Position numbers and translations under genes: made by a program. Positions 1-12,713 of a DNA stretch of 64,000 bases are shown piece after piece. Below the pieces are notes generated by a model. It was not told where the DNA came from. It saw only the letters and a list, made by a program, of their open reading frames with translations, and did not search any database. The stretch's first letter is position 1, and each line of letters starts with the position of its first letter. Source of the stretch: Eledone cirrhosa (Eukaryota). The DNA is taken from assembly GCA_964016885.1 (NCBI GenBank), contig OZ024742.1, positions 275,404,001-275,468,000 of the forward strand, read 5' to 3'.

Positions 1-1920
1 TCCAGCACGAAAACCAGATTGACTTTCAGGAAGAACACAATCTGCAATGTGTTTCAGCAGACGGTCCAGAAGCACCCTACATAAAACTTTCCCTACGACA
101 GAAAGCAATGATATACCTCTGTAGTTTCCACAATCGTTCCTGTTACACTTTCCCTTGTACAAGACCACCATTACTGCATCTCTCCAGTCCTCAGGTACGG
201 ATTCATTAGCCCATATCCTGCCAAACAAAGAGTGAAGATGTTGCAGGAGTCTCTCACCACCATATTGTAGGAGCTCAGCATGTATGCCATCCATACCTAG
301 AGATCTTCCACTGTTCAGCTTCGAAATAGCCACTGCAACCTCCACAAGCGTCGGAGGTTCTGCGAGAGCTACTTTCACAGGACTTTCTGGAATGAGATTG
401 AGGAAATCTTCACTGACGACAGACGGCTGATTCAAAAGATCATCAAAGTGCTCTCGCCACCTTCGTAGAATTCCTTGTGAGTCACGAAGAAGTTCTTTGC
501 CATCCTTGCTGCGAAGCGGTGTCACCAGAGAAGAAGACGGTCCATAAACCTCACGCAAGAGACTGTACAACAGCTTTGTGTTATTGGAATCAGACGCAGT
601 TTGTATCTCACCAGCCTTCTCACTCCACCACTGATCCTTCATCTGAGAAAGACTCCGCCTAACACGTGATTTTACATCCCTGAGTTCCTCATGCAACGTA
701 TTCCTCTCCTGTGGTTTTGCCGTCAAGTAGCGTGACAGAGCACGCCTCTTATCAGCCAACAAGTCTTCTATATGTACATCATTCTCATTAAACCAGTCCT
801 GATGTTTCCTCTGCGCCAATCCCAGAACACGCCTGCCTACATCATAAACCGACTTTTTAAGGGTCGGCCAATCCTCACCAAGATCTGCAGCCTGCTTCTC
901 TTCTTCCAATGTCCTCTTCACATTTTTATCCTTAAGACAAGCAGCATTCAATCTTTTGGGCAGGGCAACACCAGGAGCCCGGATTTTACGTTTAGTGATC
1001 AGTTTCACTTTTGCGCGTACCAGGCGGTGGTCCGTCCAGCACTCAGCTCCACGAAGAACACGAACACACTGCACATCCTGTCTGTCACGCATCCTGACTA
1101 GGACGTAGTCCAAAAGATGCCATTCCTTAGATGCAGGATGCATCCATGTGGTCTTGAATTTGTTCTTTTGTTGGAACATGGTGTTAGTAACACACAGATC
1201 CAGCTCCTCACACATCTGCAGCAGGAGCATACCATTGCTGTTACACTTTCCCACCCCATGCCTTCCGATTACATTCCATGTGTTAAAATCCCTACCCACT
1301 CTAGCATTAAAGTCACCAAGCACGATGACTTTGTCTGCCTGAGGGATATTTCTTAAAACACCTTTCAAGGCATGGTAAAAGGACATCTTTTCCTCATCGA
1401 CAGAACTCATAGTTGGAGCATACACACTCACCAGGGTAGCATATCTTCCCTTGTCCAGCGGAACTCTCATGGACATAAGACGCTCACTAATCCCTACTGG
1501 GAATTCTTCTAATTTGTTCACAAGTACAGTCTTAACAGCAAATCCTACCCCAGCCTCTCTTCTGGTTCCTTCATCTCTTCCTTTCCAGAAGAATGTATAT
1601 TCTCCACAAAATTCCGTAAGATGACCATCTCCAGCTAACCTCGTCTCAGATAAAGCCACGATGTCAAGATCGTAACGTCGAAGCTCCTTTGCAACAAGAG
1701 CGGTCCTTCGTTCAGGACGCTCCAAGGAATCCCTGTCAAGCAGCATCCGTACGTTCCAGCAGCCAAGACTAAATGCCTTGTTTGGCTCTATTACAATGGC
1801 ACGATGACGAGCGGGCCCAGGCTGTGATAACCTGGGGCCCCTGCCCTTATTGCCAATGATCTTTTTTGTTCCAGAACCTAAATTGCCAATTATCTCTTTT
1901 ATATTGTTCTGGAACATCAT
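1..1920 (-). CDS. RTE (BovB-like) LINE ORF: APE endonuclease plus start of RT, open to the left edge
   Basis: From ATG at 1920 the minus strand reads FSLGCWNVRMLLDR..ERRTALVAKELRRYDLDIVALSETRL, HPASKEWHLLDYVL, CWTDHRL, NYRGISLLSVVGK and PESQSGFRAG, all in one frame at the points checked. It is probably missing from the ORF track because no stop lies in the window. Confidence 0.9.
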   Translation of the reverse strand, partial: MMFQNNIKEIIGNLGSGTKKIIGNKGRGPRLSQPGPARHRAIVIEPNKAFSLGCWNVRMLLDRDSLERPERRTALVAKELRRYDLDIVALSETRLAGDGHLTEFCGEYTFFWKGRDEGTRREAGVGFAVKTVLVNKLEEFPVGISERLMSMRVPLDKGRYATLVSVYAPTMSSVDEEKMSFYHALKGVLRNIPQADKVIVLGDFNARVGRDFNTWNVIGRHGVGKCNSNGMLLLQMCEELDLCVTNTMFQQKNKFKTTWMHPASKEWHLLDYVLVRMRDRQDVQCVRVLRGAECWTDHRLVRAKVKLITKRKIRAPGVALPKRLNAACLKDKNVKRTLEEEKQAADLGEDWPTLKKSVYDVGRRVLGLAQRKHQDWFNENDVHIEDLLADKRRALSRYLTAKPQERNTLHEELRDVKSRVRRSLSQMKDQWWSEKAGEIQTASDSNNTKLLYSLLREVYGPSSSLVTPLRSKDGKELLRDSQGILRRWREHFDDLLNQPSVVSEDFLNLIPESPVKVALAEPPTLVEVAVAISKLNSGRSLGMDGIHAELLQYGGERLLQHLHSLFGRIWANESVPEDWRDAVMVVLYKGKCNRNDCGNYRGISLLSVVGKVLCRVLLDRLLKHIADCVLPESQSGFRAG

Positions 1921-1961
1921 TGAATTGAAAAAAAAAAAAAAAAAAAAAAAAAGTAATAATA

Positions 1962-1992
<31 letters not shown>

Positions 1993-2260
1993 TAGTACAC
2001 TATTAATAATTATGAATGCACTCGTGCACTTATACGTACGACATACACACGCGCGCATACCTATGCGCGCACACAGCAACACTCATACATACAAACAAAC
2101 ACACACACGATACTCTACTCACACTCACACACACACATATATATATATATATATTACTGTGATTACTGATACAAGATTACAAGATTATGTCAACTGTTGA
2201 CTTTCAAGAGTTTGTATAGTTGAAGCCGATCGTACTACAGTCCAGTATTATTATAATTGC

Positions 2261-2410
2261 TTTACAGCATAGAGTTATGGCTCTCCACGCCCTGAGCTTA
2301 AATCCCGCCGAGGTCAACCTTGCCTTTCATCCCCACGGAGTCAACAAAAGAGAGTACCAGTGATGCGCTGGGCCAGTCGCTGGATCCGTGCCAAAAACAG
2401 AAAAATTATT
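2261..2410 (+). mobile_element. Nin-domain tRNA-derived SINE (diverged)
   Basis: B-box-like GAGCTTAAATCC followed by CTTGCCTTTCATCC..GTACCAGT, shared with many copies in the window. Confidence 0.8.
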
Positions 2411-3062
2411 ATTAAAGTTGTTTTCTTAAGGCCCGGTCGCTGGTGATGGTGATGGCGGCGGCGGTAGTGGTGGTGGTGGCAGTTGATGTTGTTGTTGTGT
2501 TGTGTGCGTGCGTGTGTGTGTTTTGTTATTTTGAGTTTTTTTTTTGGTTTTTTGGGGTTTTTTTTTATCTTTTGATGCCGCTGTTGTTGTTGTTGTAAAT
2601 GTTCATTTCAGTTCATTCTGAAGCTGTTGTTGCTGTAAACATTAGTGCCGGTGTTGTTGTTGTAGATGTTGGGGTTGAAATCTGGTCGTTTGACTGAGTG
2701 ATGTATATACACACATATACATACATATATATATATATATACACATTCAACAGAGAGTAGAGAGTTTGACAATAGGTCGATGACTTTAGTCTAGATAGGG
2801 TAATGACATGTGATGGTGGGGAGAGAGTGTAGAAGTTATTGTGGTGGCGGGGGACAGTGCGATGTATCTAGTTCATTTGACAGTTTTCTTCTCTTTGCAA
2901 AATTTGAATTTTAGCCATGTTATATTGAGATGTAAGTAAATGTAAAATGTAAAATATAAATAAGGATTGCTCTGCTAAAATATACAAAAATATTTGTGTA
3001 ACTTCCACAAACTTCTGTCGTGACATTCCCGAGTCCAGTGACCAACAAATTGTTGTATTTTG

Positions 3063-3137
3063 ATACATACATACATACATACATACATACATACATACAT
3101 ACATACATACATACATACATACATACATACATACATA
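3063..3137. repeat. (TACA)n microsatellite, left flank of the R4/Dong element
   Basis: Perfect tetranucleotide run. Confidence 0.95.
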
Positions 3138-6100
3138 ATGGCGACCGTTGTGGTCAGTGTCCGATAATCGGACGTGTGTAATTACGGCTTACATGAAGGC
3201 AACATACCATATATTGGAAAAAGTTGAGCTACATTACGCGGTAAGATTACATACAATAATTCTACATAAGTGTTTGAACTGTAAGTGTGTTGTAAAACAC
3301 CTATTTATATGAACGATACATACACTTATGATATATGAATGATACATACACTTATGATATATGAACGATACATACACTTTAACATATAAATGCAACGTTG
3401 TTATATTACATTATACAAGTAACGTTTTCGATCCAGAAACAAAAACATAAGTGTTTGAACTGTGAATATGTTGTGAATAAGTTGTAGAACACCTATTTAT
3501 ATGAATGATACATAAACTTTAACATATAAATACAGCGTTGTTATATTATATTACATTCATAAAGAAATATACTAAGTAACGGTTCTTTTTGTTCTCGATT
3601 CAAACGATTTAAGAACAACGTTTAAAACACAGTTGTAGAATTAAAAACTAACTGAAAAGAAATATTACCCCAGCTGTGAATAACTTTAAATTTGATTCTG
3701 ACAGAACTTTATCGAAACTTTTAAAGAAGATCATCGACTATTTTGAAAAATAAATACGAAATGTTAGTGAATAGACGAACTCATCATGGCAAAATGTACA
3801 AGTCTCCTTCGACCAAATCGCAACTACAACCGTTGTATACAGTGGAGCTACGAGCTTAACAAAGAATTATATGAAGCATACAAACAATCTGAACCCCAAA
3901 AGTTCGGTTTTATGCAAAGGCTAAAAACTTTATGGAACTCCAAACACCCAGAATTAGACTTTTCTCCAAAGCATTTAAATGAACAGGCAAAACGTATCAT
4001 TAGATGTAAATTGATACATCTAACGGAATTGAGTGATACTACAAATACAGCCCTTGTAGACAACCACCCCACCTCCACTGACAGACAAAGAGAATGGCCA
4101 GCTAAATCTAACAGTGAACAGCTCACCAACAATTTTGCTGAAATCCATCCCACTTCCACTGAAGAACAGCGAGAAAGGTCAGCTAACTCTAGTAGTAATT
4201 GTCACCACATCAACAACGAGGCTGAAATTCATGACTCTACTGAACAAATAGAACACCAAAAACTTGTGGGCATCCTACAAGTGATATGGAACGATATGTT
4301 TCAAGAGATACACAGCCTTAATGTGAGTGACAGACCATACAACACCAGAATCAGTAAAGAACCCACTAAATTGGAATTGGAAGCGGTGAACGAAATAGCT
4401 GGCAATTATCTGAAGGCTATACGATCTAAAGGTGTAGAAACGACATTTGAAACGCTTAATGTTTTGTTATATGTTTCAGCTGTCACATTGCTATCATATA
4501 ACACACATCTAAAACCACGCAATCAAGATACAAACAGAAAGCCTGAACCAGCGTGGATGCGAAATTTTAAAAGAAAAATTTTGTCCCTGAGACGAAGTAT
4601 CTCACACATCGCAGTCGTTATGAAATGCAACATAGAAAGCAACTTCACACGACACCAGGAAGACCTAAAATAAAGTTAGAGAGACGATTTGGAGATACAA
4701 AATTTAAAACTTTGAACTCCAAATTACACCAGTTGAAACAACAATACACAGCTACAACAGAAAGACTAAAATATAAGTCAGCAGCACATAAACGACAAGT
4801 GCTAAATAGATTGTTTGCCAGAGATCCTAAATCAGTTTATCGCAGTTTCGGTGGCAAATGCTCAATCCCTGTAAATGACACCCCTTCAAAAGAACAGGTT
4901 GAGAGCTACTGGAGATCTGTATGGGAAACGGATGACGGATTCAACAGACAAACTAATTGGCTAAAAGAACTGGAACAGGACTACTGCCAACATGTCCAGA
5001 CAAAACAATATGACATAGATGGGTCAATACTGGAAACAGCTCTACAGAAAATGTCGAATAGGAAATCGCCAGGCCCAGACCTCATTACAGGATACTGGTT
5101 GAAGAATTTCACTTTCTATCAGCAAGATCTCATACGGCTGTTTACAGACACCATTAAAGGCACACAAGAACTGTCCAGATGGTTATCAACTGCCACTACT
5201 CTCCTCATTCCCCAAAATAGCCAAACCACCCTTGCTAAAAATTACCGCCCAATAGCCTGCCAAAACATCATGTATAAATTATATACTGGGTGCCTTAACC
5301 TGTTCTTACAGGATCACTGTGCTACCAACAACATCATAACATCTGAGCAAGCTGGTGGAAAGAGGGAGGTGTGGGGTTGCATAGATCACCTACTAACTAA
5401 CAAAATGATTCAGGAAAAAACAACAAAGAATCGCAGAAACATGACTGTGGTGTGGCTGGACTATCAAAAAGCATTTAATAGTGTACCTCATGGGTGGATT
5501 ATTAAGGCTTTACAGTTAGCCAAAGTCCCACAACCATTGGTAGCTGCTGTTGAACGCCTGACCAAGAACTGGTACACCAATTTGATCCTTAGAGGTGAGA
5601 AGGAGCAAGTTAAGACTGATAAGATACATTACCAGAAGGGCATCTTTCAGGGTGATAGCTTGTCAGTGCTACTCTTCGTTCTCTCACTGAATCCACTATC
5701 TTACCTACTCAGGAAACAAGGTGGACAAAGAAGTGGGTCCAGAAGTATCTCCCATCTTTTCTTTGTTGATGACCTGAAGTTGTATGGGCCAAATATCAAT
5801 GACATCAAGAAACAATTGGACCTCATTACACAATTTTCAACGACATCAAAATGAAATTTGGTGAGTCCAAGTGTGCATATTTGGCAGTAAAACGTGGAAG
5901 AGCTGTGCCCTCCTCTAGAAATCTAGAGATGAACGGCTTGACAATACAACCTCTACAGTCAGGTGACAACTACAGATATCTTGGACAGGATGAGAATGTC
6001 AGATATGATGGACCCATAAATAAGGAGAGAACCAGAACTGAATACCTCAGAAGAGTAAAGAAAATATGGTCAGCGTACAACAAATACATTACCCACAATA

Positions 6101-7336
6101 CTTATGCTGTGCCAATACTAACGCCAACATTTGGCCTGCTGAACTGGTCATTGCAAGAACTAAGTGAGATGGATGTTAGAACTCGCAAACTTCTCAGGGT
6201 TACTGGGAACTTTAACATCAATGGTGATGTGGATAGGCTATACTTCTCACGCAAGGAAGGTGGCCGGGGTCTAAAATCAATATTAACAACATATGAGACC
6301 CGGATAGTAACACTGAAGCAACACCTTCAACAGAGGAAAAAGGTTGGCAACCGTCTTGCCCAGGTTTATGAGCATGAAAAAAAAAATCATTAGAATAGCG
6401 ACTAATCTGGAGGAGAGATATGGAATAAAGCCTGATATAAATCTCTCATCCAGAGAAATCGGAAGATCCTATTCAATGTTCAAACAAGATAAAAAAAATG
6501 ACCAATTTACAGAAAAAGTTGTGCATGGATACTTGAGACGTAAAACACAGACCATAGAGGGGATAAACCACTCAAAAAGCCTGGCATTGAGTTCCGACAA
6601 GTTTATGACATCACACCTTGAGGGATATCTCTATGCAATACAGGAACAAGAACTCCCTACCAAATATCTGCTGCACAAAAGAGGAGGGCCAGCAGCTGAC
6701 AATAAATGTAGGCTATGTAAAACAAAGATCGAGGATGTAAGCCACATTGTTGCCAGCTGCGAAAGAATGTCATCTCGCTACTACCTCCCCATGAGACACG
6801 ATGGGATAGCTTGAACCATCTGGAACGCACTTCGGAAAACAAAATTAACAACAAACGAGGAAGAATATATTGAGACAGATGGCACTAAGGAATACTGGAA
6901 ATAAAAACTGCCACCAAATTAAAGCACAACCGGCCTGATATTGTTGTTTGGGATCACACATTCTGTTGTGGAGATCAGCTGCCCACTTGATGTAAACGTT
7001 GTCAGAAAAATACAGGAGAAGGAGGACATCTACGGACCATTGATGAGGAGTTTACAAATCCAGTATCCAAGATACACCTTTAGCTTCATACCCATCATTA
7101 TTGGAGCTACGGGTTATATACCAACCCGCTTGGACCAAAGTATGACTGAACTTAGATTTGCGGAAAAAAAGTGCAGCTCCCAAATTCATAGTCTACAAAT
7201 GGCTGCGATAGCTGGCACCTTCAAAATTTGCAAAACATTCTTGCGATTCAAGGGATGACAATTTCTTTTCTTTTACAACCTTGCCACCAGGAAGGTGGCC
7301 GGTCAAAAAAAATATACTCGAAATTAAGAGAAAGAG
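3138..7336 (+). mobile_element. R4/Dong-clade non-LTR retrotransposon, near full length
   Basis: About 650-bp 5' UTR, one long disrupted ORF, short 3' UTR; (TACA)n on both sides. Confidence 0.88.
3786..7258 (+). pseudogene. R4/Dong ORF (RT, CCHC finger, restriction-like endonuclease), disrupted
   Basis: Motifs KSPGPD, NYRPIAC, WLDYQKAF, FQGDSLS, FVDD, CRLC..EDVSHIVASC, RPDI..VVEISCP..KEDIY, PIIIGATG. Frameshifts near 4670, 5850, 6390 and 6900; stop at 6812-6814. Confidence 0.92.
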
Positions 7337-7353
7337 ATACATACATACATACA

Positions 7354-7383
<30 letters not shown>
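7337..7383. repeat. (TACA)n microsatellite, right flank of the R4/Dong element
   Basis: Perfect tetranucleotide run in the same orientation as the left flank. Confidence 0.95.
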
Positions 7384-7385
<2 letters not shown>

Positions 7386-7695
7386 AAGTATAGATATGTG
7401 TGTGTCTTTGTGTATGTGTATTTGCGTATGTGTGTATATGCATGTGTGTGTCTGTGTTTTGTTTTGATGTTATCCGGCAATTGGCGAAATCAGGTGTGAA
7501 AATATGTGTATTTTTGTGTGCGCGCGCGCGCGTGTGTGTGGGGGGGGGGTGTTACTTATGCGAGCGACGACAGAAAAAGTGTGTGGGATACATACATTAT
7601 TATATTTGTCTGTATTTTCGTTCTGCAATCATTATATTATGATATTTGTATCCAAATGGTTTTATATGTATGTATTACCTTCTTTCCCGTCCCTC

Positions 7696-7774
<79 letters not shown>

Positions 7775-7986
7775 AGATGTGTGTGTGTGTGTAGTTTTCC
7801 TAATCTGTCTCTTTCACTCTCTATCTCTCTAAGAGGGTTGCCTTTTGATGTATGTATTACCTGCTTGTGTGTAGACCGAATTTGAAGGAGTTCTCCTTTT
7901 GAAATAAACATACATACGACGCTCATCTCTATGTTGACATACGATATAAACAATGGGATTGATGAGTTAATATCTGTATATAACAA

Positions 7987-8270
7987 CTACAACGGTACGT
8001 GATGGGGCCCACCCACAGCCCCGGTGGACAGAATGGAGAAGGCATTTCTCCGGAGGATGGCAAGGGAGACGCGCTGGAAAAGCCACTCCAACTCGCGGGG
8101 CTCACACCTGCGGCTGGTCAGCTCAGCGCCTATGGTGGTGATTAAGGAGGTAACCCTGGGGCCGAGGACACCAGAATTCTCCACTGCCAGGGGTACGACC
8201 GCAAACCTGCCGGAGAGCGACCGGTATTTGAGGAGTTTTGCCCCCTCAGCCCGACGTGCAGCAGAACCTG
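7987..8270 (-). mobile_element. CRE-clade non-LTR retrotransposon 3' fragment (RLE domain)
   Basis: RRAEGAKLLKYRSL..VPLAVENSGVLGP..WLFQRVSLAILRRNA. Confidence 0.75.
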
Positions 8271-8319
8271 GGTATATATTGATATATTGAAGGTAGATAT
8301 GGAAAGTAAAAGTCTGTTG

Positions 8320-8595
8320 TCATATAGAGAGTGAAGAGAGACAGAGAGTAAAGCAGTTAAATTATAGATAGGGTGAAAGAGGGAGAGAGGGAGAGAGAGT
8401 CGACGCTCAGCTTTATAATATTAGAGAGTGAAGAGAGACAGAGAGAGTAAAGCAGTTAAATTATAGAGAGGGGGATGATCTCTTATAGAGAGAGGGAAGA
8501 GCGACGGAGAGAGTAAAGCTAAGAAACTATAGGGAGGTGTGTAGGATACATACATAATACGTACACACGACACTCAGCTTTATAATATTATAGAT
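8320..8595 (-). mobile_element. Possible non-autonomous Helitron 5' ends with GA-rich internal repeats
   Basis: Minus strand TCTATAATATTATAAAAGCTGAG at about 8594 and TCTAATATTATAAAGCTGAG at about 8425 resemble Helitron TC-start termini. Confidence 0.4.
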
Positions 8596-10247
8596 ATAAA
8601 TATTTCTATATATACACACACACACACACAAATATAATTATATACATAATACACATACACATACACACATATCCATACATCCACATACACACACACACAC
8701 AAATATATATATATATATACACATATATACACATACATATATATACACACATATACATATACATATATACACACAAACACATGATACGCATATAGACATA
8801 AACATATACACATAACTATATACACACATACACGTATACATAATATACACCTATAACACATACAAACATATATACGTACGGAAAAGTATACGTACCTGCA
8901 CGAACATACGGATAAGGTATACTTACCTATACTAAGTAAAGTTATAAACATAAAATATACCTAGCTACCACATCAAGACGTTAATTATCCGCATATTGTC
9001 CGTACTATCCGTTAGGGTATAATGTAGGGTTGTATTAGTGGAAGGTTTTGTGTAATTTGTGTTTACAAGCCGAAATTGCCTCAGATGTTTTTGTTTAAGA
9101 TATGATCATTGGCGTAGATATGATCATTACAATGAACCTCTAGCTTGGATTGGATTCGTTGATAAGGTAGAATATACTAATTATGAGCATAAACTTACGA
9201 AAAATATATCCCGACACATTATATGGTATAACCAACCATATAATATGGAGGTGGCCACACAGTTAGCTAAAATCTTTCTCCCTCTAATTAAGAAGCATTT
9301 CCCCCAGCTCATAAATATAACAAAATGTTTAATAGGAACACTGTTAAAATATCTTACTCCTAACTTTGCACATAACAACACTGCATCAAATTTAGCCAAA
9401 TTAACTAGCCGTAGTAACACTAACAACCCTCTAGCGAGGACTAACTGTAATTGTAGGAATCGGAAAGACTGCCCGCTATCCGGGAAATGCGTCTCCAGTA
9501 ATATTGTCTACAAATGTCAGGCCGAGACACCCACGTCTAATAGGGCCTACATAGGGTTAAACGCCAATAGATTCAAGCAGCGTCTTTACATGCACACCCA
9601 ATCTTTTCTTAACCCTTTAATAAGGAAGATGACGTCACTTTCGGCTTATATCTGGTATCTAAAGACAACCACACCAATATACGTTACACTGGGAGATCCT
9701 AGCTAAAGCTAGATCCTATAACGGAAACAAAAGACCATACGAAATTTGTGCCGCTGTAGCCCTGGAAATACTCTACGCCAATGATCACATCTTAAACAAA
9801 AAAATCTGAGGCAATTTCGGCTTGTAAACATAAATTGCATAAAACCTTCATGTATTACAGCCCCACATTATACCCTAACAGATAGTACGGAAAATACGCG
9901 GATAATGTCGTAGCTAGGTATAGTTTATGCTTATACCTTTACTTAGTATAGGTAAGTATACCTCATCCATATGTTCATGCAAGTACGTATACTTTTTCGT
10001 ATGCATATATGTTTGTATGTGTTATAGGTGTATATTATATATACTTGTATATATAATGTATATGCTTATGTGTATATGCGTATTAAGTGTTTGTGTGTAT
10101 GTATATGTGTGTATATATGTATGTGTATACATATATATATGTGCGTGCATGTGTGTGTGTGTGGGTATGTGTATATGTGTATGTGTATGTATGTGTATTA
10201 TGTATATGATCATATTTGTGTGTGTGTATATATAGAAATATTTGTAT
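8596..10247 (+). mobile_element. Penelope-like element (Naiad-type) 3' part with inverted pseudo-LTR
   Basis: ORF 9059-9706 has IIWYNQPY, CNCRNRKDCPLSGKC (CxCx5C) and NIVYKC..AYIG..FKQRLYMH (GIY-YIG). 8596-9118 is an inverted copy of 9772-10247. Confidence 0.85.
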
Positions 10248-10395
10248 ATACATATATATTTCGATGTGTATGTGTATATATGTGTATGTATATGTGTGAT
10301 TGTGTGTTCGCACGTATATATGTACGTGTATATGTGTATGTATGTATTTAGGTATATGTAAGTATGTTGAACTTATGTGTATTTATGTATATGTG

Positions 10396-10504
<109 letters not shown>

Positions 10505-10746
10505 ATATTTATATATGTATATATAATTATATGTATACACACATATATGTATGTGTATTTAGGCGTATACGATCGTATGTGCGCGGGTATATGTGTATAT
10601 ATTAGAACGGTATACGTCCGCGTGCGCGAGCTTAACCGTATGTGCATGCATATGAATGGCGTATAGAGGACATGGCAGCGATAATGTAATGATGGACAGA
10701 GACCGCTGGAGATTACTCGTCCATGGATCTCGGGAATTTTACCTAT

Positions 10747-10837
<91 letters not shown>

Positions 10838-10869
10838 AGATCAAAAGATGGTTAAAGGAGTTCCATGTA

Positions 10870-10936
10870 TTTTATTATGCGCATTTCAAAAACAAACATC
10901 ATCATGCAATAATATTTGTGTTTTCATCAGATAAAA
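10870..10936 (-). ncRNA. Type I hammerhead ribozyme (inverted-arm copy)
   Basis: Reverse complement of 12251-12317. Confidence 0.8.
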
Positions 10937-12250
10937 CAGGAGAACATGATATGAAGGCTAAAAAACACTTGTGGATAGTGCAGTTTTAAATCAACATATG
11001 AAAAGTGGTTTTAGATTGATGTGTGATATTGGGAAAAATATTTTATTTAGAGAGGGTGGGTGGAAAGGATGAAAAAGGGGAGGAGATGAGAGTGAAGGTG
11101 GAGAGGGAGAGATGGGTGATAGAGAGAAAGAGATAGTTTTATAACTGAGAGAAGATATATTGTTTTACATAGAGAGGTTGAAAACCGTTGGAAGATAATG
11201 TATAAATTAAAAGAATTTGAAAATTAACGAAGGGAAAAATATGTACGAGGAAAAAATATTTTATTTAGGGAGGGGGGGTGGAAAGGATGAAAAAAGAGGA
11301 GGAGATGAGAGTGAAGGTGGAGAGGGACATATACATACACCTCTTTAAAATATACCCATCTTCCTACCTTACTTCAAAGGGCATTATACACTCTATAATA
11401 CTTGTTTACTCATTACCCTCATTCTATCTTCACCTTGTAAAATCCTTCATAACATATACATTTGTTTTTTTGACGTTAGAATATTCATCCGCAATTATTA
11501 TTATTTTTTCTCTCTATCATAAAACTTTTTAATCTCAATTTCATCCTTAATTTATTATTTTTTTCTCCCCATCAACGAACTCATTCTTAATACATATTAA
11601 CTCTTTCTTCGCACATATTATCAACTCCTTCAATATACAAACCTTAACTTCACATTATTTTTCTTAAATCATCTAATATACAAACCTTAATAATTTTTTA
11701 ATACGTATTAACTCTGTCTTCGCACATATTATCAATTCCTTCAATATACAAACTTTAACTTCACATTATTTTTCTCAAATCCTTCTACACACAAACCTTA
11801 ATAATTTTTTCTCTTCGTTAATTTTGAAATTGCCACAATACTTATCAACATACACCATTTTGACGTTAGAATATTCATCCGCAATTATTATTTTTTCTCT
11901 CTATCTTCATACATAAACTCCCTCTCTTTCCTCGTACATATTTTTCCCTTCGTTAATTTTCAAATTCTTTTAATTTATACATTATCTTCCAACGGTTTTC
12001 AACCTCTCTATGTAAAACAATATATCTTCTCTCAGTTATAAAAACTATCTCTTTCTCTCTATCACCCATCTCTCCCTCTCCACCTTCACTCTCATCTCCT
12101 CCCCTTTTTCATCCTTTCCACCCCCCACCCCCCTCTCTAAATAAAATATTTTTCCCAATATCACACATCAATCTAAAACCACTTTTCATATGTTGATTTA
12201 AAACTGCACTATCAACTAGTGTTTTTTAGCCTTCATATCATGTTCTCCTG

Positions 12251-12317
12251 TTTTATCTGATGAAAACACAAATATTATTGCATGATGATGTTTGTTTTTG
12301 AAATGCGCATAATAAAA
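12251..12317 (+). ncRNA. Type I hammerhead ribozyme
   Basis: Stem I TTTTAT/ATAAAA; core CTGATGA; long stem II; GAAA; palindromic stem III ATGCGCAT; A at the cleavage position. Confidence 0.85.
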
Positions 12318-12443
12318 TACATGGAACTCCTTTAACCATCTTTTGATCTTATATTATGTATACTCCAATCCTACAAACTGTAGAGTGCTTCTTATCCGAT
12401 ATCTGCATTGCTTTATTGTACTACAATAAAACTCACCTCCTAC

Positions 12444-12498
<55 letters not shown>

Positions 12499-12501
<3 letters not shown>

Positions 12502-12682
12502 AAAATGTTTAACCCCGACGGCAGAGCTCAAGCTGTTTCGACGGCTATTTCTGGATAGCCGTCAAATGGCTTGAGCTCTGCCGTCGGGCTTAAATATTTT
12601 CCTGTTACCCACTCCACTACCCTAAGTATTGAGTACTCTAGTGCGTTATGGTATATCTGGTTCCTTACCACACTTACTTCGT

Positions 12683-12684
<2 letters not shown>
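12499..12684 (+). mobile_element. Mini fold-back element (about 104-bp hairpin plus 80-bp tail) in (TA)n
   Basis: GGAAAATGTTTAACCCCGACGGCAGAGCTCAAG..CTTGAGCTCTGCCGTCGGGCTTAAATATTTTCC; related copy at 24255-24417. Confidence 0.75.

Positions 12685-12710
<26 letters not shown>

Positions 12711-12713
<3 letters not shown>

Larger units (their letters stand above)
10831..12446 (+). mobile_element. Non-coding fold-back element in (TA)n: arms 10831-11253 and 11927-12356, about 90-bp tail
   Basis: Near-perfect inverted arms, unique right-hand tail, TA tracts on both sides, hammerhead in the arms. Confidence 0.85.

Noticed and set aside
477-1356. Plus-strand ORFs
   Set aside because: Antisense shadows of the RTE ORF
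6812-6814. Programmed TGA readthrough in the R4/Dong ORF
   Set aside because: More simply CGA>TGA decay in a copy that also has several frameshifts
9059-9850. Selenocysteine-encoding Naiad element (reported in some invertebrates)
   Set aside because: No in-frame TGA at conserved Cys positions in this copy or at 16912-17110 and 45793-46300
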